A stretch of 64,000 nucleotides of DNA from Octopus vulgaris (GCA_951406725.2 OX597822.1:88288001-88352000), one strand, 5' to 3'. Positions 41,965 through 56,025 are shown, counted from the first letter of the stretch. The notes: generated from the letters alone by a model not told the origin. Translations and numbers: made by a program.

Positions 41965-42750
41965 GAAGGCGCATCACTCAGTGGTAAGAGCGTCGGGCTT
42001 ACAATTGTGAGGTTATGAGTTCGATTCCCGGAACGGGGGGAAGTGTTTTAGGCTCTTGAGCAAGACACTTTGTTTCACGTTGTTCCAGTTCACTCAGCTG
42101 TAAAAATGAGTGGATCTTTTCGGTTTGAATGGCAGTTTTGAACATAATTTCTAGGTAACTAAAAAATTTTAAACTTCGTATACTGGTAGAATGTGTTTAT
42201 AAAACATCTTTTTCTCTTGGCTTTATTGAAAAAATTCTATAGTTTGTAAGATATTTGTTGTTTTTTTCTTCAATTACTGCAATTTCAACCAATCAATGAC
42301 GTCTATTGAGGTGAAAACGTCCTGTGCCGTATGAATATGTCCCTCGTTTAAGAAACAGATTGAGTTTATTTACATTTGTGAAGAAAAAAAGATACCCTTC
42401 TCCCCACCCCCACCCCTAACCCTAACCCTAACCCTAACTAACCCTAACCCTAAAATAGATTGAAATGCAATAGATCGATACTAGGGTCATAATTATGGGT
42501 GACAATTTCATATGACACCGCTAGAAAAAACTGCCGTTCAAACCGAAAAGATCCAAATGAGTTACGACGTCACTAGTGCCAAGCTGTTTTGATCTTTGCC
42601 TTTTCATTGGAGAACGTTAATGGCGTGGACAAAGGAAACTGGTATTCATAGGCGATTTCTGGTCATCCATAAACTATCTTGCCCAGATTTGTACCTCGGA
42701 GGGGAACTGTGTGCAATCCCTTGATCTGTCGTGACCGAAAGGGATTCTTT
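41965..42750 (+). mobile_element. tRNA-derived SINE (family D) interrupted by the telomeric MITE
   Basis: ctcagtggtaagagcg...gagttcgattccc head; uninterrupted homologue on the minus strand at 46807-47121. Confidence 0.8.
42112..42554. mobile_element. MITE with TIRs, 8-bp TSD and internal (CCCTAA)n, copy 2
   Basis: Same TIRs as 30448; TSD aaatgagt on both sides. Confidence 0.93.
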
Positions 42751-43142
42751 TTTAGAATATAAGAAGCGTGAAGTTCTAATATCCATTTTATAGGTATTTA
42801 AGTTCACCTGTAATTGATTGCTAGAAGATGGATGGGAGAAGGAAGGAAAAAGAGAAGAAAAAAATTATCGCTCTGAGTTGACAAGTAGAGAGGGTGAAAG
42901 TTTTATAGTCCCGCGATGAGAAGTCTTTACTGAAGTGCTCCTAGGGCAGGCATCAGGCGGAAAAGATAGAACTGAATTTGAGTTCTGTATCTAATTTTTC
43001 CACGAAATGGTTACAGATTAACAGTTGACTCTCATAGATTCTATGTGCTAATGCCGAGAACAACAGAAAAGGACTCAGAGAAAAATCTTGATTCGGTTTC
43101 GAACCCTGGCTAAGAATCTAGGAAGCAATTCGCCACACATAC

Positions 43143-43199
<57 letters not shown>

Positions 43200-43235
43200 T
43201 ACATACATACATACATACATACATACATACATACA

Positions 43236-43267
<32 letters not shown>

Positions 43268-43349
43268 GAATGGGATACATTGAAGTTGGATTGATCTCGA
43301 AACTATGTGAGAAAGAACTTCCTAAACACAGTAATCTCTGTATCAATGA

Positions 43350-43547
<198 letters not shown>

Positions 43548-44579
43548 TAATGACAAACACGACTGCGTTTTAGATTTATCTTTGCATCATGTTTTGCTTT
43601 CATATTTTTATATGAAATCCTTTCAGTCTGTTTAGAGCAGTAAAATGCCATTCCAGTTCGAGAGACTCTAAATTCCTATATGCTTAAGTTTCGCAATATC
43701 AACCGACAAATCCAGTGACCAGATACTGGAGATAGCAGGATTTTTGTTGGAAGATTCTTGCTTATCTCATGGACAGCTGTCTATTGGATTTTCACGTATT
43801 GGGGGTGTGAACAGTCTTTATATATCAGTACTGAAGATGAGAAAATTTGGAATATCATGAATGACTGAGAACTGTTTGACTGTGTTTTGGTAAAGTTGAT
43901 AGTTCTTTGATCACGTGTCTCTGTTACAAAGAATGTTGTGCTGTTAATAATATGCATACGAAGAATTTGCACGTTTCTTTTTCAAAAATCATAGTAATTC
44001 TGCCGAATACCCTACACACAAACTCTCTCACACACACACACATGCACACGCAAACACAAACACGCGCGCGCTTGTACACACACACACACACACACACACA
44101 CATCTCTAGAAATAAGGAATTGTACTAAAAACTAAGACTCCAACAACAACTGGATACACTTACGTCTTGAAATTTAGAAAATTCTTGTATATTTTTTACA
44201 GTTCTACCTACAGACGGGATATTCAGAACGTGTATTAAATAATCTTTGCGTTGGATAAAACCTCTATCTTCTCCAGACTATCGTGCTTTTTCTACTTAAA
44301 CTCCATTTCAATACACTCCGCAGATCTGGCCAGTCTCCTGCCGCCTTAACTCAAAGATCCCCTGATTGGTTTGTTTCTCTTCCTCTAAACACCCATGTTG
44401 TGTTCAGTCCATCTGAGTCCAAGCATTAACAAGTCGGCCCTCAAGAAATCCCTTCTGTATATGTTTTCCCGAAACTATTGCCTTGTAAATGTTCAGTAAC
44501 ATTGTCTCGGGGATGCATAACTACTTCCCCTAAGTGACTGTAGATTCAAATGTGAATATAGCATAATATAATATAATGT

Positions 44580-45464
44580 TGAGGGGTACCCAAAAGTAAC
44601 CGGAAACGTTATCTGTGGGACAAGCCCGTTGTAGTTCGGGCTTCCGCCGCTAGAAGTCACTTGATGCAAACCTCAGGCATCAGTCTGCCGATCGGCGGCG
44701 TCTGCTAATGTCGTATTGTCACGTGGTGCATCTTTGTCTTGCAGTGTTTCTTCCCTGTCCGTCGATTTTTGCGATGGCTGGAACGAAGGTTCAGCGTGCT
44801 GCTTGGAAAAACGGCGGCCGAAAAAGTTGTCATACTTCAAACAGCTTACAAGGACGCTGTCATGAGCAAAACACAAGTTTACGAGTGGTTTCCACGCTTT
44901 GGGAATGATCACTTGGTGCTTGAAGAGTAACCTCGTTCGGGGCCACCATTGACCTCCCCGAACGAATGAAAACATCATGAAAATTCATGAACTGATCTTG
45001 GAGGACCGTCGCTGAACAATTGACAAACTTGTCGATATGACTGGTGCGTCCTGGAGCTCCTGCCAACGAATTTTGAGCGAGGAATTGCGAATGAAAAGAG
45101 TTGCAACAAAATTTGTGCCTCGCTTGCACACGGAAGATCAAAAGCAGTCACGACTGAATGTATTTCGTGAACTGAAGGAACTGTTGGAAGTTGTTCCGGA
45201 CCTTTTTTCGAAGGTCATCACTGGTGATGAAAGCTGATCTTATGGAATTTACAGATGTGGAAGAGGTGAAGAAACAACGACGGAGGTGTTAAAAGGTATC
45301 ACTTCGCAAGAGTTCCAGCACTGTTTTGAACAGAAGAAAACGCGTCTGAGCCGATGCATTGTTCTAAATGGAAAATACTCTGAAGGCGATAAAAGTGCAA
45401 ACATGTACAACTAAATGAATTAAATAACATGGCAAAATTCCGGTTTCTTTGGGGTAACCCCTCG
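44580..45464 (+). mobile_element. Internally deleted mariner transposon
   Basis: TIRs gaggggtacccaaaagtaaccggaa / ttccggtttctttggggtaacccctcg; AYKDAVMSKTQVYEWF, KFVPRL and VITGDES motifs, with the catalytic core deleted after DES. Confidence 0.88.
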
Positions 45465-45580
45465 TGTATGTATGTATGTATGTATGTATGTATGTATGTA
45501 TGTATGTATGTATGTATGTATGTACGTACGTACGTACGTACGCATGTATGTACGTATGCATGTACGTATGCATGTACAAT

Positions 45581-45682
45581 GAGGGCCAGAAGTCACGGAA
45601 AGGTACGAAATTTTAATAGATTTTTGAACTATTTTTTTTTTAGATGTGATTTTTTTCCCACCCAACTTACATCTAATACCTT

Positions 45683-45743
<61 letters not shown>

Positions 45744-45785
45744 TACTAGGGTTTGTAAATACACCTTCGTGACTTTTGGTCCACT
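45581..45785. mobile_element. Small TIR element (MITE) containing (TG)n
   Basis: gggccagaagtcacggaaaggt versus accttcgtgacttttggtcc as imperfect inverted ends. Confidence 0.55.
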
Positions 45786-45819
45786 TTTATAAGTATATTA
45801 TTTGTATGTGTATATTATA

Positions 45820-45981
45820 TAGGCGCAAACGTGGCTGTGTGGTAAGAAGCTTGCTGCCCAACCACATAGTTCCGAGTTCAGTCCCACTACGTGATACCTT
45901 GAACAAGTGTCTTCCACTATAGCCTCGGGCCAACCAAAGTGTTAAGTGGATTTGATAGACGGAAATTGAAAGAAATCCGTC

Positions 45982-45990
<9 letters not shown>
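45820..45990 (+). mobile_element. 5' half of family A SINE
   Basis: aggcgcaaacgtggctgtgtggtaagaagc...gagttcagtccc head and core. Confidence 0.8.
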
Positions 45991-46014
<24 letters not shown>

Positions 46015-46035
46015 CACGACGGATTTCTTTCATTT

Positions 46036-46317
46036 CGGGCAGTTTGTCTGTGCGTGTTCTGTGTGTCTGTTTTCTCGTACCCTCACCCTGACCACGGCTT
46101 TCAACCGATTCTGATGAAACTTGACACAGCATAGCCCAATGTCATAATTCAAAACTAACGCAGCGAAAATTTTGAAAAGTTCCCCAGTTCTGAAAAAATC
46201 GATAAATTCGACATGGGGTCGAGAATAAAAAACAAACCACAGACTGTCTAGGGGACGCAACTCAACCTTTTACTCTCATATATATATATATATATATAGC
46301 AACGCCGGGCGATACTG

Positions 46318-46320
<3 letters not shown>
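46036..46320 (+). mobile_element. Helitron-like non-autonomous fragment
   Basis: accgattctgatgaaactt-type body and 3' agcaacgccgggcgatactgcta, identical to the ends at 8983 and 55874. Confidence 0.6.
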
Positions 46321-46351
<31 letters not shown>

Positions 46352-46538
46352 CAAATAAGAAAATGAAGAAATACATTAGTTGGTTTATCAGTTTTAGGAT
46401 ATTAGAATGTTGTCTTATTTATTTAAAAAAACTACAACCATAATAACATACATATATACAGTATAAAATTCAATACATTTAAGATAAGAATACAGAAAGT
46501 TGATAAAAAATCATTAATATAAATTGTTAGAATCATTA

Positions 46539-46667
46539 AAATCACCTACAGCTGCTTCAGCCTATGGAAAAAAGTAATATTTTGTGCCTATACTTGTCAA
46601 TTATTTTGAGGTTGTAGGCAGTTGAAAATGGGGTACTTATATATATCCATAGGCCTCGTCAGAGATT
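46539..46667 (-). ncRNA. Candidate hammerhead ribozyme (variant core)
   Basis: Minus strand: CUGACGA, stem II ggcctatgga/tccataggct, GAAGC-AGCU-GUA (GAAA changed to GAAG). Confidence 0.55.
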
Positions 46668-46806
46668 ATAAAGTACTTTCAAAATATAAATATATACATG
46701 AAACAGGATACACGTACAATTTGATAAATATATATCCATATCTATATACACATATATATACATAAGCAAAACATATACACCTATACATGTACATAAATAC
46801 ATAAAA

Positions 46807-47121
46807 GGGTAAAGACCCCCTTCGGTCATGAATGACCATGGGATTGCACCTAGAAAGTTACCCTCCTAGACACAAGTCCGGGCAAGATTGTTTATGGAAG
46901 ACCAGCAGTCGCCCATGCATACCAGCATTCGACCATGCATACCAGCCTCCCCTCTCCACATCACCAGTGTTGTCCAAGGGAAAGGCAAGGGCCGATACAG
47001 CTTGGCACCAGTGACGTCGCAACTCATTTCTACAGCTGAGTGAACTGGAGCAACGTGAAATAAAGTGCCTTGCTCAAGAACACAACACGCAGCCCGGTCC
47101 GGGATTCGAGCTCACAACCTT
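46807..47121 (-). mobile_element. tRNA-derived SINE (family D), 5'-clipped
   Basis: Homologous to 41965-42750; gagctcgaatccc B-box-like motif on the minus strand. Confidence 0.8.
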
Positions 47122-47266
47122 ACATAAGTAAGCACAATTAAACATACGTACACGCATATAGACAATTAATCATATACATATCTATACATATATACTGGAA
47201 CATACACATACACCTATATTCAAGAATACACATACAATACTTAATTATTACTAATATTATTATTAA

Positions 47267-47347
<81 letters not shown>

Positions 47348-47507
47348 GATTATTATTATATTTATTAATAATAATAATATTATTAGATTCAGTGTAATCT
47401 TCACTTCACAATACATATTATAGTAGATTCCAATATACCGCATACTACGATACAGTATAAACAAATAGTTACGATAGATGTAATCTTATAAATTTTAAAA
47501 TCAGAGT

Positions 47508-47543
<36 letters not shown>

Positions 47544-47736
47544 CATACAGTTAGACCAGGATTAAATATATAAATATATATATAAAATATAAATTAGAGA
47601 AAAAACCACTATTATGCAAGTCAAGCAGTGATAGACATAAATCAAATCATAAATAAAAAATAAAATATATTTTATAAACCATATAACTAGACACAAAAAG
47701 TATAAAAATGAATATCAATATATAATAAGTAAAAAA

Positions 47737-47837
47737 AACTACGTACGTTTCATGGCTATAATTAAATTCGAATTACTCTTAAATTAAAATTTAATCGAAA
47801 ATCAATTCAATTTAAAATTATTGTCACTCTTCAGGTT
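47737..47837 (-). ncRNA. Candidate type-I hammerhead ribozyme
   Basis: Minus strand: aac-CUGAAGA, stem II gtgacaataatt/aattatagccat, GAAAC-GUAC-GUA-guu. Confidence 0.65.
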
Positions 47838-48054
47838 AACAATAATAGTTAAATAAATAAGCAAATAGAGTTAAACAATATTTATTTAAAAATAAATAAA
47901 TGAAATAATGATTTTTCTTATAGAAGAAACTCCATTAACTAAATTTGAAACTTAAAACATTAGGATCAGTTTCCTACAATATATTTATATTGTTGAATAT
48001 TTAAGGTAAAATAAATAGAGGAAATAGATAGAAAAATATATTTATACTCCCTAA

Positions 48055-48120
<66 letters not shown>

Positions 48121-48357
48121 CATTATATATCTGTAAATATAGTATGTGACAATTATTCGGTAGACAATTATCCGGCCATCGGAAAAAATGCTTGAATAAC
48201 TGAAGTGATGGCGGCGTGGATTTCCACCCCGGCATCCGAAACTCGGAGTTTTATCATGGCTACCGAATAATTGTCACATATTACATTTACAGATAAATTT
48301 CTCTATTTACATAATATCGAGTTCTCTTTCATTCTTTTGTTGTCTTACCATTTTTAT

Positions 48358-48439
<82 letters not shown>

Positions 48440-48447
<8 letters not shown>

Positions 48448-48632
48448 TTGTTCCCAACCCCACCATCGATTGACAACTGATGTGTTTACATCCCCGTTAC
48501 TTAGCGGTTCGGCAAAAGATGCCGATAGAATAGGTATTGGGCTTACAAAGAACAAGTCCAGGGGTCGATTTCTTCGACTAAAAGGCGGTGCTCCAACATG
48601 GCCACAGTCAAAATGACTGAAAGGAATAAAAA
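48440..48632 (+). mobile_element. 3' half of family A SINE
   Basis: ttagcggttcggcaaaaga...ggcggtgctccaacatggcc block. Confidence 0.8.
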
Positions 48633-48638
48633 TGACAC

Positions 48639-48752
<114 letters not shown>

Positions 48753-48753
48753 A

Positions 48754-49557
48754 GGATCTTTTCCTTTTGAACGGCAGTTTGTAACATAATTTCTAGGTAA
48801 CTAAAAAGTTTTAAACTTCGTATACTAGTAGAATGTGTTTATAAAACATCATTTTCTCTTGGTTTTATTGAGAAAATTCTATAGTTTGTAAGATATTTCG
48901 TCTGAAAATCCGAGCATTTCGGCAATTTTAACCAATCGATTACCTCCATTGAACTAAAGTCATTTGCTGCGTCTAAAACTGAGACAACATCCTGTCACTA
49001 ACCCTGAACCTCCCCCTCCCCCTAACCCTAAATTTATTTTTCTTAATTGTTAAATTAATTTAATTGTTACACGTAAAAAAAACTAAAGCAATGGAAAATA
49101 ATTTAAACAATTAACAAACAAAATAATTCTATAATTTTATACACACGCTTTCCGTAACACGTATACGGAAAGCGTGTGTATAAAATTATAGAATTATTTT
49201 GTTTGTTAATTGTTTAAATTATTTTCCATTGCTTTAGTTTTTTTTACACGTGTAACAATTAAATTAATTTAACAATTAAGAAAAATAAATTTAGGGTTAG
49301 GGCGAGGGGGAGGGGGAGGTTTAGGGTTAGTGACAGGATGTTGTCTCAGTTTTAGACGTAGCAAATGATTTTAGCTCAAAAGAGAGCATAAGATTGGTTA
49401 AAATTCGAAAAATTAAACTACGTTAAACAAACAAATTACAATTTTCTCAGGAAAGCCAAGAGAAAAAATGTTTTATTTTGACACATTCTACCAGTATACG
49501 AAGTTTTAAAGTGTTTAGTTAACTAAAAATTGTCTGCTGTTCAAAAGGAAAAGATCC
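48754..49557. mobile_element. Foldback TIR element (~800 bp palindrome) related to the telomeric MITE
   Basis: GGATCTTTTCCTTTTGAAC ... GTTCAAAAGGAAAAGATCC; TSD gagagtaa / gagagtat (7/8); arms meet at a 7-nt loop (49157-49163). Confidence 0.9.
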
Positions 49558-49649
49558 GAGAGTATAAATCAAAGTGAGACAACATTAAAGGGAAAACATT
49601 TAGCCATTGAATATACCTCTCGTTAGCCATTGGGGACCAGAAACATCGT

Positions 49650-49714
<65 letters not shown>

Positions 49715-49828
49715 TACACATTCACACGAGTAAGTACATAAATGCAAAACAAGGTGGGAAAAAACAGTACTTCAATAAAGTTGCAAAATCATCATACTCT
49801 TTTACTCAGCGTTTTACGTTCCCGTGTC

Positions 49829-49875
<47 letters not shown>

Positions 49876-49884
49876 ACGGTTATA

Positions 49885-50967
49885 TGTAGTTTATTGATAT
49901 ATCATGCCGCGGTTGAGACATACACGAATTGAAGTCCAATTCTCGAGGGTCACCAAAGAAATCCATCGAATAAATGACAGAAAAAATAATGGGTCTTTTC
50001 GCTTTGAACGGCAATTTTTAACATAATTTCTAGGTAGCTAAAAAATTTTAAACTTCGTATACTGGTAGAATGTGATTATAAAACATCTTTTTCTCTTGGT
50101 TTTATTGAGAAAATTCTATAGTTTGTAAGATATATGTTGTTGTTTTTTTCTTCAATTTCTGCAATTTCATCCAATCACTGACGTCTATTGAGGTAAAAAA
50201 AAACATTCTGTGCCGTATGAATATGTCCCTCGTTTAAGAAACAGATTGGGTTTATTTACATTTGTGAAGAAAAAAAGATACCCTTCTCCCCACCCCTAAC
50301 CCTAACCCTAAAACAGATTGAAATGCAATAGATCGATACTAGGGTCATAATTATGGGTGACAATTTCATATGACACCGCTAGGAAAAACTGCCGTTCAAA
50401 CCGAAAAGGTCCAAAATAATAGTTGGAATGGTCTTTATTTTACCGTTACGTTATAAAAAAATAACTACTTCCAGTTGTTGTTCAAAGATTAGTTATCTTG
50501 TTCATTTCTTAAGTAGCTGTGTTTATTTGCTTGACTTCTAGGAGACGGAAGGAAGAAGGAGAAAGAAAGAGTAATGGAATTTCCCTTTCTAGTCTGACGA
50601 GTAGAGAGGGTGAAAGTTGTAGTCCCATGGTAACATGCAAGAGCTGCTCCTTCTGCTAGGCACCAGGCGAAAGAGACAAAGAGAGATCTTTTCAGCCAGG
50701 CACCGAGTGAAAAAGGAAGAGTTAAATTTAGGTCCTCTATAATATTTTTCCTACTTAAATTAAATCGGGCTAAACAAAAGATTTTTCGTGTTATTTGGTC
50801 TGAATTGTATTTAACCTAAGGCTTATCAGGAAACAATAGGACTTATCAAAATATGACAGGTGACTCTCACAAATTTGTGAGTGGAAATGTCGAGGACAAT
50901 AGGAAGGGACTCATAGAAAAATCTAGACTAGGTTTCAAATCCTTGCTAAGAATCCAGGAAGCGATTT

Positions 50968-50975
<8 letters not shown>
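49885..50975 (-). mobile_element. Probable solo LTR related to 41865-43137
   Basis: TG...CA ends and shared sequence blocks; interrupted by the MITE at 49991. Confidence 0.5.
49991..50412. mobile_element. MITE with TIRs, 8-bp TSD and internal (CCCTAA)n, copy 3
   Basis: Same family as 30448 and 42112; TSD aaaataat on both sides. Confidence 0.93.
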
Positions 50976-51035
<60 letters not shown>

Positions 51036-52881
51036 AAATATATATATATATGTGTGTGTGTGTGTGTTTGTGTATGTGTATTTATGTGTATACACGCACA
51101 AATTTATGAATGATATTAGTACGCTTAGATTTCATAGTACCAAGTGGGTGAGAGATAAATCCTGCCCCTCCTGGATGTGAAGCTAATCTATCAGAAGTCA
51201 CATTCGCAGACAATTAGTTTAACAAACGAGTGTGCAATTCTGCTAAATATACAACAAATTACTTGTACTGGGACTGAACTCGAATCTCATGCATTGTCGG
51301 TCTAGTATTTCATCGACTCTGTCATGATGCTTGACCTGATAGTAAACTGAGAATATGGGAAAATTTCTGACTCTATAACAGAATTAGCATATTTATTATT
51401 GAGTCGTTTGGTTGGCTGGCTGTCTGGCTGGCTGGCGTGTTGGCTGTCTGTCTGGCTGGCTGGAACGTGGGCTGGTGGGTTGTCGGACTGTCGGGCTGGC
51501 GAGCTGGTATCCAAATCAAATGTCCGAATGGCTTGCTATGTGCATTACACTATGTACCTTTTAAGACAAAACATGTAATTTTGCATTATTTCAGCAGCCA
51601 ATACAGAACGATCTATTTTAGTATAATAAGCATAGTAGATAAATATGGCCTGATGGTCAAGTAGGTATTTAACAATAATGAGAAGGCAGGTAGGATAGAA
51701 TTTAAAAAATAGTTTCCTTCAAAGACTTCAATGGTTGTTCTGTAGACCAATTAAATGTTAGCTGTTCCTAACCACCAGTAGTAGAGACACAGCTCTGTCT
51801 GCACCAGTTTCTAACCTTACCACCCCTCTCTCACATATCAAATCAACTTGGAGAAAATGAACCAGAATAAAAAATATCTTAGACGGCATGTCGTAGAGAA
51901 AGTGCTAAGCTCTTGAGAGAGCAAAAACTGGGATTCGGTTTCGATTCTTTGTTGAAATTATTATAGATTTCTTTAGACCACTATTACACTAGAAAATGAC
52001 ATCACTTGATTCCATTTTCCTTCTCCTGCATGCCTAAGACTAATGTTGTTGTTGTTGTTGTTCATGTTCATGTTCATTCCTGCTTGAGTTGACCTATGAT
52101 CAAACGTAATCCAGCCATGACTATTTCAGCCTATTTTGTATTCTAAGACAATATCCAATATGTCCTTCTTTTCTAATTCGGTTGGATCAGATTTGCGGGA
52201 ATTTAGAAGCTATGCCCTGCAGGTGGGGCGACTGTATAAAGACGTTCTTACTGATGAATCGGAAGGGAAGGAGATGGGCGGAGAGGTGGTCTTGTAACTG
52301 AAGTGACGACAGTGCCCTGAAGCTGTATATATATGTTAGACACTATTATTTATAGATAACAACGACGGTAAAAATGCTAGAACACCTTACAGCATTTAGT
52401 CTTGCCTTTATTTTCTATGTTCGAATCATACTTCTTCCTTTCTCCCTTTCATTCTTCCAGAAAATACTTTTAGTATATCGAGTTAACAAGGTAGCCTCTT
52501 GGCAGTCGTCAAGCGGCTAGAAACATTAACCAACACTCCCTCAAGCCACATAGTGCATCGAATAGTGCAGTCCAGAAAACATTAAGACTGAGATAATACG
52601 AGGTAGTCGTGGTTGGAGTGTCTTCACTCATAGGTTTCATCAATCACGCCCGACATCAGACTACAAAAGAATTTGCTGTATATAGGTGTCGATTAAATAC
52701 AACTATAAGGAAGATGGTTCTATACTTTGTGAAAAGAAAACATATTGAGGTCAACCAAACACGTGTGGGTGAATCTGTGCTGTATATGGTTAACGAGAGA
52801 CAAAAGATGGAAAGTGTGAAAGTGACCGTGCTTTATCAGTAAGCTACCAGGTATAAACCATTCGTTTCATTATCTAATCTG

Positions 52882-52926
<45 letters not shown>

Positions 52927-52946
52927 ATTTATATTTATATACTCAT

Positions 52947-53347
52947 TACTCTTTTTACTTGTTTCAGTCATTTGACTGCGGCCATGCTGGAGCACCGCCT
53001 TTAGTCGATCAAATCGACCCCAGGACTTATTCTTTGTAAGCCTAGTACTTATTCTATCGGTCACTTTTACCGAACCACTAAGTTACGGGGACGTAAACAC
53101 ACCAGCATCGGTTGTCAAGCAATGTTGGTCGGACAAACACAGACACACAAACATACACACACATATACATACACATATATATATACATATATACGACGGG
53201 CTTCTTTCAGTTTCCGTCTACCAAATCCACTCACAAGGCTTTGGTCGGCCCGAGGCTATAGTAGAAGACACTTGCCTAAGGTGCCACGCAGTGGGACTGA
53301 ACCGGGAACCATGTGGTTGGTAAGCAAGCTACTTACCACACAGCCAT
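52947..53347 (-). mobile_element. Family A SINE, near full length
   Basis: Near-identical to 13228-13640 and 22057-22492. Confidence 0.85.
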
Positions 53348-54512
53348 ATTATCATTCGTATCTTTGTCTGTTCCCAATGCATTCTCAAACGGCTCAACCA
53401 AATCAAATTTTATATGGCAATACTATGAGTCCTCAGGAGTGTCAGCATGTAATTTTTGGGGATTAAAACAATGCAACATTGGCACTGGTTCCGTATTACG
53501 TCTCAAGATGGAAGAATAAAAGTGAAACATTCCACTGAGTAACAATTATAAATAGTTTCAATACTTCCTTGGACCCCGCTACATGTCTAAATTCGAGAAC
53601 TGAAATTTTTGGATCATGTCCATGTATGACAAAATACCTTCTATTGTTTTGCCCCCCCACCACCACCACCACCAAGATCATGGATAGAATCTGCATTTTT
53701 ACAATGTTCCTGCACAAGCTTTCCATATATCTTAACATTTTTTTATTGTTTTATAATTATTATTTTTTCATTTGTTCCTTTTTAATTGTGTGATTGTGTA
53801 TGTGTGTGAGTATATGTATGTATATATTAAATGTGTACGTGTGTGCGGGTGTATATAAGTCTACGCGCGTATGGATGTATATGTGTATAGGACTGTGTCC
53901 GGTGCATAAGTGCGACTTTCATGCACACGTTCCCTTCTATTATACGGATATGCATATGCTTGTATATCTGCAGTTGTAGGTGTGTGATAGGAGTATATCT
54001 GTGTGTATATACATATATATATGTATATATATCTCTTATTATAAAAGGCAGATTTTATCTGCCTCCCTTTGGGAGTTATACAAATCTACAATATAGCATT
54101 TCTTCAATTACAATTTACCTAGCAGTTTTAAGAGTACAACGCATCGCGTCATGCCAGGTCCAGTTTTTAAAATTTAAACTCCAATTAAGCAAAATTTACA
54201 GAAAACTCACATTCTGGTGTGTGTGTCAAATGCTTTTCTTAGTCTGGTTTACACCACACGCAAACGCACACACACAGTGGGCAACGAATAAAATGAAAGT
54301 AAATAGAGACAGAGTGATTTGAGGAAGACTAAAGTGAAAGTATTCTGTCTATGACGCTGATAGATACATGAGTAAAATGTATGGGAAGCTAAGAGCTAAG
54401 AGTGAGTGAAAATGTTCTTGGAAGAGAGTAATTAGTAATAAAGTAAACATACACTCATACATACATACTCATACATACATACATACATACATACATACAT
54501 ACATACATACAT

Positions 54513-54543
<31 letters not shown>

Positions 54544-54768
54544 TACACACACATACATACACACACACATACATACATACACACATACATACATACATAC
54601 ATATACATACATACATACATATACATACATACATACACACACACACATACACACACACACAGTATTGAAGCTTGAGAACAATCAGATACATTTGCAACAC
54701 ATCTGTTGAAAATATTATTGTTCACACACATACATATACATATATACATACAGACAGACAGACAGATA

Positions 54769-54808
<40 letters not shown>

Positions 54809-54859
54809 ATCCAGCATGGCCACAACCTCAAGGCTGAAACATATAAAAGAATAACAGAA

Positions 54860-55225
54860 TATAAATGTGTGCAAAGTACAAGAAATATTAATGCAGTATA
54901 TGGGGATTGGACAATAAGCGTAAGGCAGTGTCAATGGTGGTTCCAGAAATCCCGAGCCATAAACTACAGCCTAGAAGACGAGCCTCATCCTGAAAGATCT
55001 GTAGAACTCGACAAGGACATCCTGAAAACCCTGGTGGAACAAAATATCATCGTAACTGTTGAGGAACTAGCAGAGAAGCTTGGATTTGGTCATTCAACCA
55101 TTCATTGACACCTGTGTGCTATCGGAAAAGTCAGCAAATTGGGTCAATGGGTTCCTCACGAACTTTCCGAGTCTAATTGCATGCAGAGAGTGAATGTATG
55201 CTTTTCTTTGCTGTCACATCTCACC
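54860..55225 (+). mobile_element. Mariner transposase N-terminal fragment
   Basis: TRNINAVYGDWTISVRQCQWWFQK...LEDEPHPER...TVEELAEKLGFGHSTIH, followed by a WVPHEL motif. Confidence 0.85.
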
Positions 55226-55243
55226 ACTACTGCGCTATGTATA

Positions 55244-55874
55244 TCTATATATATATAACTGTAGTTGTGTGAGTGTCTGTCCCCTTCGATTTAGATTCCT
55301 AACTACTACCACATTTTGCGGTACAGTTTAACCAAATTCGGGTAGCTTATAGTCGTGATTCATATCGAGCCCGTCTGAATATTAGCGCGCGTCTACGATG
55401 AGTCTACGATTTTAAAAATAATTTAACATCATTTTTTATTCCATTTTAATGCATAATTTTTCGTGTGTCGATGGCGGCGGAGTTGGCGTCCACGCTCACA
55501 CCTGCACCTGTGGGGAAGGGAGTGTAAGGAAATCAACGTCGTAATGCGTTGTCAAGGAGACCAGTGTTCTTTTAGAACGACTTCATGGCTTGAAGACACC
55601 AAAACAGAAATGGCTAAGAAAGCGTCTATATGAGTCTACGATTTAAAAAAAAATTTACCATCGTTTTTTTTCCATTTTAATGCATTTTTTCGCTATTATA
55701 TAAGGGAAGTAACTCTCTAAAAATGTCTACGATGAGTCAACGATTTTTAAAAAAATTTACCATCATATTTTTTTTTTTAATGCATTTTTTGCTATTTTTT
55801 GGCTATAACTCTCTAAAAATGCTTATATAGTTATTTCCCTTACAAACCCGAGCAACGCCGGGCGATACTGCTAG
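55244..55874 (+). mobile_element. Non-autonomous Helitron with both termini
   Basis: A|TC start, cccgagcaacgccggg hairpin, CTAG|T end; same family as 8590-8983. Confidence 0.85.
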
Positions 55875-55945
55875 TATATATATATATATCTGCGTACATA
55901 TGTACATATGTTTAATTTATATATGCGGTGAATGTGAATGTATGC

Positions 55946-56022
<77 letters not shown>

Positions 56023-56025
<3 letters not shown>

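Larger units (their letters stand above)
41865..43137 (-). mobile_element. Probable solo LTR with nested SINE and MITE
   Basis: TG...CA ends; shares blocks (aataaatgaca, agttg(a/g)aatggtctttattt, agtagagagggtgaaagtt, gctaagaatc.aggaagc) with 49885-50975. Confidence 0.55.
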
